From NCBI GenBank assembly GCA_010909165.1, contig MU008179.1, positions 930,001 through 994,000 of the forward strand: a DNA stretch of 64,000 nucleotides, written 5' to 3'. The notes under the pieces are model-generated. The model ran no database searches, was not told where the DNA came from, and worked only from the letters and a program-made list of their open reading frames with translations. This DNA comes from Anthoceros angustus (taxonomy: Eukaryota; Plantae; Anthocerotophyta). This document shows, one piece after another, positions 61,950-64,000 of this stretch. The first letter of the stretch is position 1; every line of letters begins with the position of its first letter. The translations under genes and the position numbers were made by a program.

Positions 61950-63414
61950 GTATATAGGTGTGCAAATTAGGGTTTGTGGCAACCCCTAAAATTCGAAAAA
62001 AAGCCATCTTTGTAATGCTTTGATAACTTAGTAAAAGATTTTAAGTACTAGTAAAAAACATGTTGTAAATCCGTGCATGTAGTAAAAAATATAGCTGGAT
62101 AGTAAATAAGAGTCTTAGGAAAAGGTAAACTTTCACTGTAAAACACTTCTAAACCTGAAAAAACTAACCCACCAGTAAAACTCCAGGTAGTAAGTTCCAT
62201 ACTTGCGTAGTAAAGTTTTCTATCTTGTTGTGATCCAAAATTGCCTCAGAATAAGAGACTTTCGCCGCCATAATCGTATTGAGTCGCGAAACCCAACCGT
62301 AGTAAAACACCGCAACCCATGTTGTAAAGTCTAGTTGTATATACGGAGAATAACCGCAAATAAAGCCCCATAGTAAACGCAGTGCTCCGCTCTCTCATCT
62401 CTCTAAAAAACAAACGTTAGTAAAGGGCATGGTTTCCTAGTAGTGTCTTTTCTTCACCGGAGTCAAATCCAGGAAATCAAACTGAGTTTTTTCATTGCAG
62501 ATGTGCGTCGTGGCACTAGAATCAAGGTACCAGCCAACATCTCCGGCAATGAGCTCGTCAAGCATACGGTAAGAATCTTCACAATAGATTTAGAGTTATC
62601 ACTGGAAGTCCTATCTTTGACAACCATATTTGCAGACTATCGCAAGCCCTGTTTCTGAGGTTCGCCAGACTTCTTTTTGCGGCACTCACGTGCCCAATGC
62701 TGCAATACCACCACCAACACTCGCGCGATGGGTGTTGATGAAACTGCGCCTCGGCGATTCATCGCCTTCCCTTTCTCGCTGCTTTGTATCGAACAGGTAG
62801 GGCCTTATCATGCCTTAAGCTTTGAGCCTCCACTAGAAAGCAAACGACTTTTCTCTTCCTGAAACAATGTGCCAACAATATCCTCCACTGTAATGGTAGG
62901 TGTTTGGCCAACTTGTGATGCCTGATGTGCGGTCCGCACTGGAAATTCTGATTAGAAACGAAGTTCTAGTATGATGCAGGGAGGCTTGGAAGAAGCTCGG
63001 CTACTGCATTAACTTCTCTCATCTCAATACCAAGAGACTTCAATTGCCCTCATAGGTGGCGAAACTTGGTAACATGAGAAACCACCTTGTCTCCCTCTCG
63101 CATACGTAATCCATAGAATTCCATTCGGATTGCACACAGTGTCATGGCATTACTAACATTGTACGTGGAGGATAGTTTTCCCATATAGTCGAGGCTTTTG
63201 TCAGGAACTCAACATCAGGTACCAAGTTCCCATCCAGGCCTCCAACCATGAGGGCAACAACAACATTGTTAAGCTGATCCCACTTGGTTATGTCCGCAGG
63301 TGTGGGGGTGGTGTAGCAGCAGGATTCGGCTTCATCAAAGTCCCATCAACTATGGGCCACACCCCCCGAGCAACTAAGGTGGACTTCATGCGGACAAGCT
63401 AGACCTGGTAGTTT

Positions 63415-63995
63415 GTACCATTAAATCGGTCTTTTTCTTTGAGCTCATAAGTAAAGACAGCTCCAAGAGACGAAGAGGTTTGACTTGAACCACTAGACAT
63501 GTTTAGCATATGGTTACGAATTGTTCTGAAGTTTTCAATCAATGAGTCTAGAGGTGCATTGGTCATATAGTACTAAGGTTCGTCGGGTTGGTAGGGATGA
63601 TTACTAGGCAATGCTTAGAGTAGGATGCATCAAGGAGCTCTGCATTCCTATCTATGCCCCACCTTAATGATCTCTCTGAACGACAACCAAAAGAAACGAC
63701 ACTAGACAAGCTAGACCATTAAAGTGGTCTTTTCTTTGAGCTCATAAGTAAAGACAGCTCCAAGAGACGAAGAGGTTTGACTTGAACCACTAGACATGTT
63801 TAGCATATGGTTCTGAATTGTTGCTGAAGTTTTCAATCAATGAGTCTAGAGGTGCATTGGTCATATAGTACTAAGGTTCGTCGGGTTGGTAGGGATGATT
63901 ACTAGGCAATGCTTAGAGTAGGATGCATCAAGGAGCTCTGCATTCCTATCTATGCCCCACCTCAGTAATGATCTCTACAGGCATGACAACCAAAG
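63415..63995. repeat. Tandem duplication (~290 bp x2) spanning the Copia gag start/leader
   Basis: accattaaa..tttctttgagctcataag...ctatgccccacct..gacaaccaaa at 63417-63692 and 63715-63993. Confidence 0.9.
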
Positions 63996-64000
63996 AAATG

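Larger units (their letters stand above)
53678..62445. mobile_element. CACTA (En/Spm) DNA transposon, 8768 bp, no recognisable transposase
   Basis: Perfect 25-bp TIRs CACTACTAGGAAACCATGCCCTTTA (53678-53702 / 62421-62445); 3-bp TSD TCT (53675-53677 / 62446-62448); many TAGTAAA subterminal repeats at both ends. Confidence 0.96.
41743..63500 (-). mobile_element. Ty1/Copia retrotransposon in three pieces (63500-62446, 53677-52435, 42612-41743); RT absent from window
   Basis: Gag starts MSSGSSQ..DRFNGTNYQV*LVRMKSTLVARGVWPIVDG at 63500. CCHC knuckle ~62720-62675. Protease WYLDSSATTHI ~62532-62500, joining in frame to RVLIGD at 53677. GAG-pre-integrase LWHARLGH. Integrase LVHADISG, YYLTLTDDYNRYSW, PYTQQHNGVAERKNQTL, HLRVFGS, KRRKLD, FVGY. 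The linker resumes SEG|ALPPEP at 42612. Confidence 0.92.

Overview
Eukaryotic, almost entirely transposon-derived DNA. It is probably from a non-seed streptophyte plant or alga (inference from Athila-type and PHD-bearing Ty3/gypsy, Copia, CACTA and ~65-nt introns). No ordinary housekeeping gene was recognised. The window is a nest of insertions, several with exact target-site duplications (TSDs). (1) A + strand Ty3/gypsy element has pol order DNMT3-like C5-cytosine methyltransferase - RT - RNase H - integrase - PHD finger (~1440-19800). Its RT is split by a complete 14.2-kb Athila-like element with 4.4-kb LTRs (2857-17076, TSD TGTTT). (2) A relic region (~19800-29660) holds two copies of a prokaryote-type beta-class N4-cytosine/N6-adenine methyltransferase, an intact ORF resembling tandem RT-thumb repeats, and an unclassified element with a spliced gene. 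(3) A second, divergent DNMT3-like/PHD gypsy pol lies on the - strand (29940-33663). A gag/protease/LTR segment at 37457-41742 has a Tf1-like self-priming signature. (4) A - strand Copia element (41743-63500) is interrupted by two nested ~4.9-kb solo LTRs (TSDs CCCTC and GGAGC) and by an 8.8-kb CACTA element (25-bp TIRs, TSD TCT) that contains a third fragment of the amino-methyltransferase. All the giant LTRs carry a homologous ORF inside U3. Dense 1-3 nt indels suggest many frameshifts are uncorrected long-read errors. The most notable signal is two unrelated DNA methyltransferase classes carried as cargo by two transposon classes.
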